From an uncultured Bacillales bacterium (GTDB lineage: Bacteria; Bacillota_I; Bacilli_A; Izemoplasmatales; Hujiaoplasmataceae): 64,000 nt of DNA. This document shows, in pieces, positions 9,557 through 19,329 of the stretch. The position numbers were made by a program, and so were the translations under genes. Positions within the stretch are counted from its first letter, which is position 1; each line of letters begins with the position of its first letter. Where the stretch lies: the NCBI GenBank assembly GCA_937928185.1, contig CALEZX010000040.1, positions 1,176 to 65,175 on the forward strand, given 5' to 3'. The notes under the pieces were generated by a model. It was not told where the DNA came from. It saw only the letters and a program-made list of their open reading frames with translations, and did no database searches.

Positions 9557-10024
9557 TTATTTTATATCTAATATTTCAATTTTATATTCAATTCCAGTTT
9601 CAGATTTATAAGTAATCTTACTACCTTTTTTCATACCAATTATGGCTTTACCGATTGGTGATTCATTAGATATTTTACCAGCTAAAGGATTAGCTTCAAG
9701 ATGTCCAACTAAATCATAAGTTTTTTCCATATTTGATCCAAGAAAACGAATCGTTACAGTTTTACCAATAGCTACGGTTTTTGAAGTGGAATCTTTGATA
9801 ATTTCTGAATGTTTTAGAATATTATCGATTTCCTTAATTCTAGCTTCAATCCGAGCCTGTTCATCTCTTGCCGCATCGTAATCAGCGTTTTCTGATAAGT
9901 CCCCTTGTGCTCGGGCTTCTTTCAGAGCTTCTAGATTGGTTTTTCGATCGACTTCTTTTAACTGTTCAAGTTCTTGTTTTAGTTTTTCATAGCCAGCTTC
10001 TGTAAGTTTAAAAGTGTTTTCCAT
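9557..10024 (-). CDS. greA: Transcription elongation factor GreA
   Basis: Coiled-coil N-terminus with GDLSENADYDAA and a C-terminal FKBP-like domain. 155 aa. Confidence 0.95.
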   Translation of the reverse strand: MENTFKLTEAGYEKLKQELEQLKEVDRKTNLEALKEARAQGDLSENADYDAARDEQARIEARIKEIDNILKHSEIIKDSTSKTVAIGKTVTIRFLGSNMEKTYDLVGHLEANPLAGKISNESPIGKAIIGMKKGSKITYKSETGIEYKIEILDIK

Positions 10025-10068
10025 ATTCTGAATCTCCTTCTTCTACTGCTTTAAAATTATAACATAAA

Positions 10069-10689
10069 TTATTGATTTATGATAGACAATATTTTAGCGT
10101 TTATAATGTCGACTGCGACATCATTTGAATAATCATTTGGAATGATGATATCTGCATATCTTTTTGTTGGTTTAACAAAAGCATAATGCATTGGTTTTAC
10201 GGTGTTGATATATTGATTTATAACAGAATCCATTGTTCTACCACGTTCTTTAATATCTCTCTGAAGTCTGCGGATAAACCGTAAATCATCGTCACATTCA
10301 ACGAAAATTTTAATGTCAGCCAAATTACGGATTTTAGCTTCCTCCATAATCAAAATACCTTCTAAAATAATGATTTTTGCTGGTTCTACTCTCTCTGTTT
10401 TTCCAGCTCTGGTTAAATTCACGAAATCATATGTAGGTTTATCAATTGGTTTTCCTGAGATTAATGTTTTTAACTGTTGATAAAAAAGCTCGTTATCCAA
10501 CGAAAACGGATGGTCATAATTTACTTTTCTTCGTTCTTCCATGGTCATATTCGATTGATCTTTATAGTAATCGTCATGCTTAATTACAATTACAGGATAA
10601 TCAACTAAATTAGCCATGATTTTTTCGACAACTGTTGTTTTTCCGGAAGATGATCCGCCAGCTACAGCAATAATCAGAGGTTTTTTCAT
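10069..10689 (-). CDS. udk: Uridine kinase
   Basis: P-loop AGGSSSGKTT and typical Udk length and sequence (DDYY.., RRL.RD..ERGR). Confidence 0.95.
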   Translation of the reverse strand: MKKPLIIAVAGGSSSGKTTVVEKIMANLVDYPVIVIKHDDYYKDQSNMTMEERRKVNYDHPFSLDNELFYQQLKTLISGKPIDKPTYDFVNLTRAGKTERVEPAKIIILEGILIMEEAKIRNLADIKIFVECDDDLRFIRRLQRDIKERGRTMDSVINQYINTVKPMHYAFVKPTKRYADIIIPNDYSNDVAVDIINAKILSIINQ

Positions 10690-11876
10690 GATTTTACCAT
10701 CCTTATCATATCATATCTTTTAATCGGGAACGGGGTTTTAAACTTGATTCTCTGTAAAGGATGACGAGCTGCTTCTAGCAAATTTCCTTCTTCATCCCAT
10801 ATTTCATTTATTTGGATGTGAAACGGCAACAATCCAGGGCTGATGATTTCAACGGTAATGTTGGCTTTAAAATTATTACGTTGTTCAACAGTTGCAATCA
10901 TCGATTCATGATTATAGTTAAGTCCTATTGCGATAAAATCCTGATTAGGCAGAGTAAATTCATCGCTATATAATTGTTGTTCAGGAGTCGTAATTCCTGC
11001 GAAAAAACCATGAGAGGTTTTCCGGTTTTCTGCTTTTTGGATTTCATTACGGTAATATTCTAAAGGCTTCATTTCACGATTATAATAATCATCAATCATC
11101 ATCCGATATACATACACTATCGTTGCTATATAGTGTGCGGATTTCATTCGCCCTTCTATTTTTAAAGAAGATACGCCAATATCCATTAATTGTGTTAAAT
11201 ATTCAATACTATCCAAATCTTTTGAAGACATGCGGAATTCATCTGTTTGACCAATTTGATTGTCAAAACTATGAAGCGTATAATGCCATCTGCAACTATG
11301 TGCACAACCGCCTCTGTTAGCGTCACGATCTGTCATGGTGTTTGAAAGTGTGCATCTTCCAGAATAAGAAACGCACATCCCGCCATGAATAAATACTTCG
11401 ATTTCGCCCTTAACATTATCACCAATCATTTTGATGTCTTCAATACTCATTTCACGCGCCAGAACAACTCTTTCGATGCCATAATCGAACCAATAGTTCG
11501 CTAAGAGACTATTAGTGACGCTCTGCTGCGTTGAGAGGTGTACAGGTAGGGTTGTTTTTGATAAAACCCGATCAATAATATATGGGCTTGCAGCTATAAT
11601 AGCATCCACACCAATTTTCTCTAATTCCAGTAAATACTCATCTAATCCCGCTAAGTCTTCATTATGAGGAATCATGTTGGCAGTGACATACACTTTTTTC
11701 CCTAAATCATGGGCAAACTCAACCGCTTTGGCAATGGATTCAAGTTTAAAATTAGAAGCTCTTGCCCGGAGTGAAAATGAGGTACCACCAATATATACAG
11801 CATCAGCTCCATATAATAAAGCTATTTTAAGTTTTTCGAGGTCGCCTGCTGGTGCCAAAAGTTCTGGTTTGATCAT
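10686..11876 (-). CDS. Peptidase U32 family protein (YrrO-type; tRNA U34 hydroxylation factor TrhP-like)
   Basis: N-terminal KPELLAPAG.LE..KAA...GADAVY.GG and E.F.HG..C.SYSGRC motifs. Paired with a second U32 gene and an O-methyltransferase, as in Bacillus yrrMNO. Confidence 0.85.
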   Translation of the reverse strand: MIKPELLAPAGDLEKLKIALLYGADAVYIGGTSFSLRARASNFKLESIAKAVEFAHDLGKKVYVTANMIPHNEDLAGLDEYLLELEKIGVDAIIAASPYIIDRVLSKTTLPVHLSTQQSVTNSLLANYWFDYGIERVVLAREMSIEDIKMIGDNVKGEIEVFIHGGMCVSYSGRCTLSNTMTDRDANRGGCAHSCRWHYTLHSFDNQIGQTDEFRMSSKDLDSIEYLTQLMDIGVSSLKIEGRMKSAHYIATIVYVYRMMIDDYYNREMKPLEYYRNEIQKAENRKTSHGFFAGITTPEQQLYSDEFTLPNQDFIAIGLNYNHESMIATVEQRNNFKANITVEIISPGLLPFHIQINEIWDEEGNLLEAARHPLQRIKFKTPFPIKRYDMIRMVKS

Positions 11877-12751
11877 TCTTTCACCTCCGGCCGAAGGTTG
11901 GTCTGTTTATAATAAAAGCCTGAATCATATTGTTTGTTGTATTTTTCATGAAAAAAAGTAACTAAAGAAGGACACTGATAAGTTTTGAGTGAATCGAATA
12001 ATTCTTCATCGCTTAACATGAATCTTTCAATAAAAAAATCGGATATGTAAGATTTAAAATACATTATTTCTTTAAATGATTCTAATTTTTTACATCGGAA
12101 AATATGAGTACCAAACTTGTCCTCAAAAATCGGATACTGGGAATTTTCCCTTGTGGTTTCTTCAATATATAAATCCGTTCTATTATAAAACGGTTCAGTG
12201 AGGTTTTTTTCCAGGAGGAAATTTTTTATCAAAGGACGTCGCGAATAAAACATGGGTTGAAACCCATGCCCGACTATCGAAAGTTCGATATTCTTTTTGT
12301 TCTGGATAATCGTGCTTATCGAATCTAAAGTAATCTCCCTGGCTAATGTTATACCTTTGATATTTTTTGATTCATAAAACCATGGATCATATAAGTTGGT
12401 CGTTAATGTTCCTGGCTGAAAGATCAGTTTACTTTCTAATCCATAGTTTTTAGCAATCGGATAGTAACTCCAGTCAAAAATAACTATACCATCTATATCA
12501 ACTGATTGTAAAAACTCAAAATATGATTTCACTATCAATAAATCATTTTCATGTATCATCGAGTTGAGATTAATATAAACTAATTTTTTATTGTGATGAA
12601 TAAGTTTTGATATTCGGTGAATATCATCACACGAAAAAAAACTGGTTGAACGTGTCGTCAGACAATCTGTATTGAGTAAAAAAACATCAACTCCCAGTTT
12701 AATCAAATCTTCAATTTCGTGTTCATAATACAAGTTAGTAACAATATTCAA
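11873..12751 (-). CDS. Peptidase U32 family protein (YrrN-type)
   Basis: Divergent U32 TIM-barrel-like N-terminus. 4-nt overlap with the downstream U32 gene. yrrN position. Confidence 0.75.
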   Translation of the reverse strand: MNIVTNLYYEHEIEDLIKLGVDVFLLNTDCLTTRSTSFFSCDDIHRISKLIHHNKKLVYINLNSMIHENDLLIVKSYFEFLQSVDIDGIVIFDWSYYPIAKNYGLESKLIFQPGTLTTNLYDPWFYESKNIKGITLAREITLDSISTIIQNKKNIELSIVGHGFQPMFYSRRPLIKNFLLEKNLTEPFYNRTDLYIEETTRENSQYPIFEDKFGTHIFRCKKLESFKEIMYFKSYISDFFIERFMLSDEELFDSLKTYQCPSLVTFFHEKYNKQYDSGFYYKQTNLRPEVKE

Positions 12752-12755
12752 TATA

Positions 12756-13373
12756 TCATCCTCGTTTATGACGGCTAACGCTCATGCCATCGCCGACATC
12801 ATAAAAGTCAGTTTGAAAATTATCAAGTGTTTTTAACCAGTCGATAAATCCTTGGATTTTTCGGGCGATAGCCCTCTGATTTCTAGTTAGATTATCTTTC
12901 TTATTTTGGACGATTCCATGAAAAGAAAGATTGTCAGTGACAATGATTCCATCATCAGATAACAGGGGTTCGAATTTTGTAAAAAAACGTTGATACTGAG
13001 CTTTAGCAGCATCGATAAAAATTACATCAAAATGGGAATTACTATCCATATTTATGTCAAAAGCATCGCCTAGAATTAGATGAATTTTATGAGATAAAGA
13101 TATTGTATTAATGTTGTCTATTGCCACATCATATAAATCCTTATTTCGCTCAATGGTCCAAATTTCAGCGTCTGTTAATAACGATAAAGCAATTGCACTA
13201 TAGCCAATTGCAGTTCCTATTTCGAGAATTTTCAAGTCTTTTTTTGATGACAAAAGCGAAACCATAAAAGCCAAACCCTCATCATGAATCATGGGGATAT
13301 TTAATTTTGAGCCGATATTCTTAATCTTCTGAATACTTTCATTTTGATTAATCAAACTAATAATATTTGTCAT
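12756..13373 (-). CDS. trmR: Class I SAM-dependent O-methyltransferase (YrrM/TrmR-like, tRNA 5-hydroxyuridine methyltransferase)
   Basis: ILEIGTAIGYSA SAM motif, FDVIFIDAAK, ~205 aa. Sits upstream of the U32 pair. Confidence 0.75.
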   Translation of the reverse strand: MTNIISLINQNESIQKIKNIGSKLNIPMIHDEGLAFMVSLLSSKKDLKILEIGTAIGYSAIALSLLTDAEIWTIERNKDLYDVAIDNINTISLSHKIHLILGDAFDINMDSNSHFDVIFIDAAKAQYQRFFTKFEPLLSDDGIIVTDNLSFHGIVQNKKDNLTRNQRAIARKIQGFIDWLKTLDNFQTDFYDVGDGMSVSRHKRG

Positions 13374-13405
13374 GTTTCATTCAAAAAAGTAAAGAGTAAA
13401 ATTAA

Positions 13406-13720
13406 TTACTCTTCATCTTCATGGTCATGCTCGTGGTCATGGTCGTAATCATGTTCTTCTTCTTGGTCGTCTAAAAAACTCTCAAGAACTTCTTCAACAA
13501 AATCCCATTCCTCATCTGTTTCAATTTGAATTAATCGACCTTCGTCTCCATCTTCGGGATTGAAAGCAGCCGCGAAATATTCGCCGGTTTCATCACCCAC
13601 GATTTGATAAACTACATAACTTTTATTAAATTCATCTGAATCAAAAGTCATAATGATTTCGCAAGTAATTTCTTTTCCATTTTCATCTGTTACGATGAAA
13701 GTTTCAGTGTCTCTGTCCAT
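13406..13720 (-). CDS. DUF1292 protein (YrzB-like) with a His/Asp/Glu-rich C-terminal tail
   Basis: Small acidic protein (..VTDENGKE..F.....F.....YVVY..) in the ruvX-yrzB position. The tail is EEEHDYDHDHEHDHEDEE. Confidence 0.75.
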   Translation of the reverse strand: MDRDTETFIVTDENGKEITCEIIMTFDSDEFNKSYVVYQIVGDETGEYFAAAFNPEDGDEGRLIQIETDEEWDFVEEVLESFLDDQEEEHDYDHDHEHDHEDEE

Positions 13721-13724
13721 TTTT

Positions 13725-14144
13725 CTATCTCCTTCTTGAATCTAAATAACTTTGTAATATTACTGTTGCAGCTAAGCGATCAACATTCTCTTTTCTTTTT
13801 TTTCTGCTCATATCGCCAGAAATCATAACTTGAGTTACCATACGGGTAGTCAATCTTTCGTCCCACAGAACGATTTCGACAGAAGTCATTTGCTCAAGCC
13901 TGTTTTTGAAATCAAGCACAATCTGTCCTTGAAAACCGATAGAACCATCCATGTTTTTTGGGTATCCCAAAACAATACGTCCTATTTTATTATTATCGAT
14001 ATATTTCTTGACATAGTCAAGAGGAAGTTCGAAATTACTGGGTTCAAATCGAAAAGTTTCGATTCCGGAAGCCAATATCTCTGATGGGTCGGATACTGCC
14101 ATTCCACAGGTAGTTGTTCCTAAATCGAGTCCAAGAATTTTCAT
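13725..14144 (-). CDS. ruvX: Putative pre-16S rRNA nuclease / Holliday junction resolvase-like YqgF/RuvX
   Basis: MKILGLDLGTTTCGMAVSD.. RNase H-fold N-terminus and ..WDERLTT... 4-nt overlap with the alaS stop. Confidence 0.9.
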   Translation of the reverse strand: MKILGLDLGTTTCGMAVSDPSEILASGIETFRFEPSNFELPLDYVKKYIDNNKIGRIVLGYPKNMDGSIGFQGQIVLDFKNRLEQMTSVEIVLWDERLTTRMVTQVMISGDMSRKKRKENVDRLAATVILQSYLDSRRR

Positions 14145-16777
14145 TTGATTTTCTCCTTGATTAAATTAATTGCTTCATCGATTTTAGTAATATCTTTTCC
14201 ACCAGCCTGAGCATAATCTGCTCTTCCTCCGCCGTTACCACCACAAATTTGAGCTGCGGCTTTAACTAACTCTCCGCAATGATATCGAGGAGAAAGACTC
14301 TTAGCTAAGAACATTACTTTGTCATTCATCACTGTACCGACAAAAACAATTCCATCTGAGGTTTTAACTGCAATATTATCAACTATTTGTTTTAGTTGAT
14401 TCATTTCCAATCCATCAATTCTTTGAATAAACTGATTATTTTCAATTAAATTATAGTAATCATCCATTGATGATAAGACTTGATTTTCTTTTAATCTCGA
14501 CACTTCTTTTTCTAGTTCTTTTACGAGTTTTTGAAGTGAAGAAAATTCATTTCTTTTATTAATGACGTCCTGATACGAACCAATGACGACATGGTTAATA
14601 TTTGTATCAAAAGAAACTTCAATACCTTCAGATTTAGCAGTAGTGACGATAGTCTCGGCTTTATGGATTAAGTTCTCAATTTCTTGATTGATTCCTACTA
14701 ATCCTTCGACAATAGTATCTACACCTACATTTGTCAGGCCTTCAATACGATATATTCCTGAACCGATTGAATAGATGTTTTTGATTGCAAATCTTTGAAT
14801 GTCTTTAATATTTTTAACATGCGTTCCGCCACATAAATCCAAAGTGTATTTAAGATCAATAACCCGAACCGTATCGCCATATTTTTCTCCAAATTCGGCT
14901 ATCGCACCTTTTTTGACTGCTTCATCTACTGTCAGTAACTCTGTATGAGTTTTATAATCATTTTGAATCATTTCATTTACTTTCGATTCAATATCAAGGA
15001 TTTGATTTTCAGTGACAGTTTCATAATGATTAAAGTCAAAGCGGAGCATTTCGGAAGACACCTGGCTTCCCTGCTGAGAAACATGTGAGCCTAACTCGTC
15101 TCTGAGAACTTTAAAGAGTAAATGTGTAGCAGAGTGATTATAAGCAGTCAGATTGCGTTTTTGGATATCTACTTTTGCATTTACAACCATTCCTTCATGA
15201 GGAAGGCCTTCAATCAAAGAATATACATGCAAAAATTGGCCATTAGGAAGTTTATAAACATCCGTCACTTTAGCAGAAAATTTATCATTATATATCACTC
15301 CGGTATCAGCAACCTGACCGCCAGAGGTAGCGTAAAACGGAGTTTCTTCTAGAACCATACCTTCTTTAAAGATTTTTATAATTCGCGTTTCTGCAAATAA
15401 TTGATCATAACCTACGAAAGTACTTTCCTGATTGAAATGTAAAAATTCTTCATTTTGAGATTTCATCGACTGAACATCTTTTCTTGCGTTTCTTGCACGT
15501 TCTTTTTGCTTTTCCATTTCCGATTCGAATGCATCGATATCTACAGTCATATTCAACTCTTCTGCATACTCCTGAGTCAATTCAATCGGGAAACCATAGG
15601 TATCGTATAGTATAAAAGCGTCTATTCCCGATACAACTTTCGAATTAGATGAAGCGACAATTGCTTCAAAACGTTTTTCACCGGATGACAAAGTTTCTAA
15701 AAATTTGGTTTCTTCAGTTTGAACAATTTTTTTAACGATATCAATTTGCTGATTCAGATACGGATAATAAACGTTCATATTATTGACAACCACATCAACA
15801 AGTTCATCCATGAAAGGACGAGTAATTCCTAATTTTTTACCATATTTAACAGCTCTTCTTAATAAACGTCTTAATACATAACCGCGACCTTCATTAGCTA
15901 ATATTGCCCCATCTGCAACAGCGAATGTGACAGTTCTGATATGATCTGCGATGACTTTAAATGCCATTTGTCCTTCATATTTTACAGAAGATATCGATTC
16001 AATTTTGTTGATAACAGGCATAAATAAATCTGTTTCAAAATTTGTTTTAGCTCCCTGAATAATCGAAGTTAATCGTTCTAAACCACAGCCGGTATCAATG
16101 TTTTTATTTGGAAGTTCAGGATATTCGCTTCGTTTTAATCCCGGCTTTGCATTGTACTGTGAAAAAACGATATTCCAAAATTCGACATATCGATCATTTT
16201 CAATATCATCGCGAATAGCATCAGGGGTAAAATCACCAAAATCCAGACCACGATCATAGAAAATTTCAGTGCAAGGCCCGCATGGTCCTTCACCAATTTC
16301 CCAGAAATTGTTTTCTTCAGTAGGAATAATATGAGAGGGATCCATTCCTAATTCAATCCATAAATTTTTTGTTTCTTCGTCGTCCGGATATACAGTCATA
16401 TAAAGACGATTTTTATCAAATCCAAGCCATTTCGGACTAGTGATTAATTCGAATCCCCAGGTAACTGCTTCTTTACGGAAATAATCTCCGATTGAGAAGT
16501 TCCCAAGCATTTCAAAAAACGTATGATGACGAGCAGTCTTCCCAACGTTTTCAATATCATTTGTTCGAATACACTTTTGTGCATTAACGATTCTAGGGTT
16601 TTTAGGCACAATTGAGCCATCAAAATATTTCTTAAGAGCAGCTACTCCGGCATTCATCCATAACAAAGTCGGATCATCATTAGGAATTAAAGATGCTCCT
16701 TTTTCTACGCTATGTCCTTTTTCAAGAAAAAAGTCAAGCCACATTTGTCTAATATCATTACCAGTCATATACTTCAT
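14141..16777 (-). CDS. alaS: Alanine--tRNA ligase
   Basis: 878 aa. Class II core (FFEMLGNFS), editing domain HxxxH (HSATHLL) and C-terminal DHHA1 (GGGRADYAQAGG). Confidence 0.97.
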   Translation of the reverse strand: MKYMTGNDIRQMWLDFFLEKGHSVEKGASLIPNDDPTLLWMNAGVAALKKYFDGSIVPKNPRIVNAQKCIRTNDIENVGKTARHHTFFEMLGNFSIGDYFRKEAVTWGFELITSPKWLGFDKNRLYMTVYPDDEETKNLWIELGMDPSHIIPTEENNFWEIGEGPCGPCTEIFYDRGLDFGDFTPDAIRDDIENDRYVEFWNIVFSQYNAKPGLKRSEYPELPNKNIDTGCGLERLTSIIQGAKTNFETDLFMPVINKIESISSVKYEGQMAFKVIADHIRTVTFAVADGAILANEGRGYVLRRLLRRAVKYGKKLGITRPFMDELVDVVVNNMNVYYPYLNQQIDIVKKIVQTEETKFLETLSSGEKRFEAIVASSNSKVVSGIDAFILYDTYGFPIELTQEYAEELNMTVDIDAFESEMEKQKERARNARKDVQSMKSQNEEFLHFNQESTFVGYDQLFAETRIIKIFKEGMVLEETPFYATSGGQVADTGVIYNDKFSAKVTDVYKLPNGQFLHVYSLIEGLPHEGMVVNAKVDIQKRNLTAYNHSATHLLFKVLRDELGSHVSQQGSQVSSEMLRFDFNHYETVTENQILDIESKVNEMIQNDYKTHTELLTVDEAVKKGAIAEFGEKYGDTVRVIDLKYTLDLCGGTHVKNIKDIQRFAIKNIYSIGSGIYRIEGLTNVGVDTIVEGLVGINQEIENLIHKAETIVTTAKSEGIEVSFDTNINHVVIGSYQDVINKRNEFSSLQKLVKELEKEVSRLKENQVLSSMDDYYNLIENNQFIQRIDGLEMNQLKQIVDNIAVKTSDGIVFVGTVMNDKVMFLAKSLSPRYHCGELVKAAAQICGGNGGGRADYAQAGGKDITKIDEAINLIKEKIK

Positions 16778-16799
16778 AAATCATCATCCTCCAATAAAA

Positions 16800-17006
16800 A
16801 ATAAAAAATCATCCTTAAAATAAAAGGACGATTATATCGCGGTACCACCTTTGTTCTAGTTTCCTAGCACTTAATATCCTTAACGCAGATATACGGATGT
16901 TTTTGGCATCTCTTGAAAGGAGCTTCAATATATTACGTCTGTTTAGTCGCACCAACCCTAAACTCTCTTAAAGGCAAAATATATCTAATTATCTTTCGCA
17001 TCGATT
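16800..17006 (-). promoter_or_regulatory. T-box leader (Ala specifier) with terminator, upstream of alaS
   Basis: Minus strand carries AGAGAG.., ..GGTGCGA.. and a specifier loop TTGAA-GCT-C (GCT = plus 16921..16923). The T-box AACAAAGGTGGTACCGCG is at plus 16838..16856. The terminator is TCGTCCTTTTATTTTAAGGATGA followed by a T run. Promoter TTGCTT-17-TATAAT lies near 17014..17042. Confidence 0.85.
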
Positions 17007-17067
17007 TGACAAAATTATAAACCATTTTCTCAAAAAAAGCAATCATTTTGGATATTTAGAAAATAGT

Positions 17068-19305
17068 TTATAAAAAATCTTCGATGGATAAATCTTTTTC
17101 TCGTTTTTCGATGATATCATCGTTCAAAAATAAAGACAAAAATGTATTTCTGGGTGGTTCAACTCCTAAAACGCCTCGCTTAAGGGCGTACAAGTCCCCA
17201 ATCATAATAAGTCTTTCTTTCGCTCTTGTGACTGCAGTATAAAGCAATTTACGTTTTAACATAATTGTATAACTTCTAGATAAGGGCATAACAACGAGTT
17301 TAAATTCACTGCCTTGAGATTTGTGAATTGAAATTGCATAAGCTAAAGTCAAATTATCGAAATCTTTTACATTGTATTTAACTATATTACCCGAAAAATC
17401 AACTAGCATCTCCCTTTCATCCAATATGCCACTGACTATTCCTAAATCACCGTTCATAACTCCGTCTTCTGGCTGATTTACGAGTTGCATTACTTTATCA
17501 TGATAATAAAACGTTTTAGAGCCAAAAGTGATGGATTGATTTTTATTAACGTAATTAAATTTTTCCTGAAGTAATTTATTGATATTATCAATACCGCATT
17601 CTCCTTTATACATTGGAATCAGCACTTCAATGTCATCGAATAAATCGTATCCTGATTCATTGGCCTCTTCAATTACTTTAATGATATATGAAGGAATTTG
17701 AGAATCACCAGCTCTGATATAGGAACGATCATGGTAGTTACCGATAACATTTTCGGTCATCTTTTGGTTCAAAATATCATATGCCAACTGAATGATAGAT
17801 GAATCGCTTGCCTGACGATGAATTTTTGTTAATTTTACGGTTGGGACAATGTTGCTGTTTAAGATATCAGTTAAAATTTGTCCTGGGCCAACCGATGGTA
17901 ACTGATTGTCATCGCCCACGATAACGATTTTTGTTTTTTGTGAAATTGATTTGAAAAGCTGATCTGCCAACATCACATCAAGCATAGAAGCTTCATCAAT
18001 GATGATTAGTTTTGCGTCTATAGTATTATACTCATCATAGCTAAAATGACCTGTGTAATCGTAACCGAGCAAGCGATGAATAGTTATCGCCGGTAAGTCA
18101 GTAGCCTCAGACAAACGTTTTGCAGCTTTGCCGGTAGGCGCAGCCAGTTTAATCTTATCTTTTATCAATTTATCACCGGAATGTAAAGACAGATAAACAT
18201 TGACGATTCCTTTAACAACCGTGGTCTTTCCTGTACCAGGACCTCCGGTAATAATCGAAATGGAGTTCGTAAGCGCTTGGTAAATAGCTTCACGTTGGCT
18301 ACTAGTATATGATATAGAATAAAACTTTTCGAAGTCATCAATTGCATTATTGATAACGATGGGATTATTGTCTTCTTTACCACGGTTATTTAGAATTTTT
18401 ATATTATTTGCGATATTGTTTTCTGACTGATATAGGTTTGATAATCCTATTTTTTGATCTAAAACGGTTATCCTTTTTTCCTTTGCCATTTGCTCAATCA
18501 TTGATTCAATCAAGTCCTGACTGACGTAAATATCGTCGTCGATTTTTAAAAATGAATACGTATATTCAATCAATTTATTTCGAACAACATAGGTATCACC
18601 ATATTTATTTGCATACTCTTGAAGAAGGTAATAAATAACAGCGGATATACGGAGGGGGTTATCGAAGGAAAAGCCCATCTTCAGCCCTATTTCATCCGCT
18701 CTTTTAAATCCGATTCCTTCGACTTCATCGATTAAAATATAGGGGTTTTCTTGAATTTTATCAATCGTTCTGAGCCCGTATCGCTGAAAAATCCTCATTG
18801 ACATTTTAGGCGATATCTGGAATCCATATAACCAAACCAATGTAGATTCCATCATTCGATTATCAATAATCGAGTTATGAATTTCAGTTATCTTCTTCTT
18901 GTTTAATTTTGGAACTGCATTTAGAACGCTTGAATCATTTGCGATTTTATCGAGGGCATCAAGTCCTAAAGTATCAATAATCCTTTTTGCAGTTTTTGGT
19001 CCAATTCCTTTAACTATCCCACTTGATAAATAATCGATTAAACCCTCATATGTATTATCCATGATTTTTTCAAAACGATTGGATTCATACTGTGTTCCAT
19101 ACTTTGGATGACTTTTCATGTTACCATAAAAACGATATTTGTTTGACGTTTCTAATTTAGGAAAAAACCCACAAACTACTATCGTGGGTTCATAAAAAAC
19201 TAATTCAGGTTCATTGGTATCTGTAATCTCTATTTTAATTACAGAATAAGCGTTTGTTTCATTGTAGAACAGATAGGACTTTATTATGCCTTCAATATAA
19301 TTCAA
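17068..19305 (-). CDS. recD2: ATP-dependent RecD2-like DNA helicase (YrrC)
   Basis: 745 aa. HhH region, Walker A GGPGTGKTT, DEASMLD, and a C-terminal SF1B motif (SIHKSQGSEF .. YTAVTRAK). Confidence 0.9.
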   Translation of the reverse strand: MNYIEGIIKSYLFYNETNAYSVIKIEITDTNEPELVFYEPTIVVCGFFPKLETSNKYRFYGNMKSHPKYGTQYESNRFEKIMDNTYEGLIDYLSSGIVKGIGPKTAKRIIDTLGLDALDKIANDSSVLNAVPKLNKKKITEIHNSIIDNRMMESTLVWLYGFQISPKMSMRIFQRYGLRTIDKIQENPYILIDEVEGIGFKRADEIGLKMGFSFDNPLRISAVIYYLLQEYANKYGDTYVVRNKLIEYTYSFLKIDDDIYVSQDLIESMIEQMAKEKRITVLDQKIGLSNLYQSENNIANNIKILNNRGKEDNNPIVINNAIDDFEKFYSISYTSSQREAIYQALTNSISIITGGPGTGKTTVVKGIVNVYLSLHSGDKLIKDKIKLAAPTGKAAKRLSEATDLPAITIHRLLGYDYTGHFSYDEYNTIDAKLIIIDEASMLDVMLADQLFKSISQKTKIVIVGDDNQLPSVGPGQILTDILNSNIVPTVKLTKIHRQASDSSIIQLAYDILNQKMTENVIGNYHDRSYIRAGDSQIPSYIIKVIEEANESGYDLFDDIEVLIPMYKGECGIDNINKLLQEKFNYVNKNQSITFGSKTFYYHDKVMQLVNQPEDGVMNGDLGIVSGILDEREMLVDFSGNIVKYNVKDFDNLTLAYAISIHKSQGSEFKLVVMPLSRSYTIMLKRKLLYTAVTRAKERLIMIGDLYALKRGVLGVEPPRNTFLSLFLNDDIIEKREKDLSIEDFL

Positions 19306-19329
19306 AAAGCATCATCCTTTCAAGCAAAA

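Noticed and set aside
17068-19305. The RecD-like helicase as a possible phage-defence component.
   Set aside because: It is in the conserved yrrC (recD2) housekeeping position next to alaS. It has the HhH N-terminus of RecD2 and no nuclease, methylase or other defence partner nearby.
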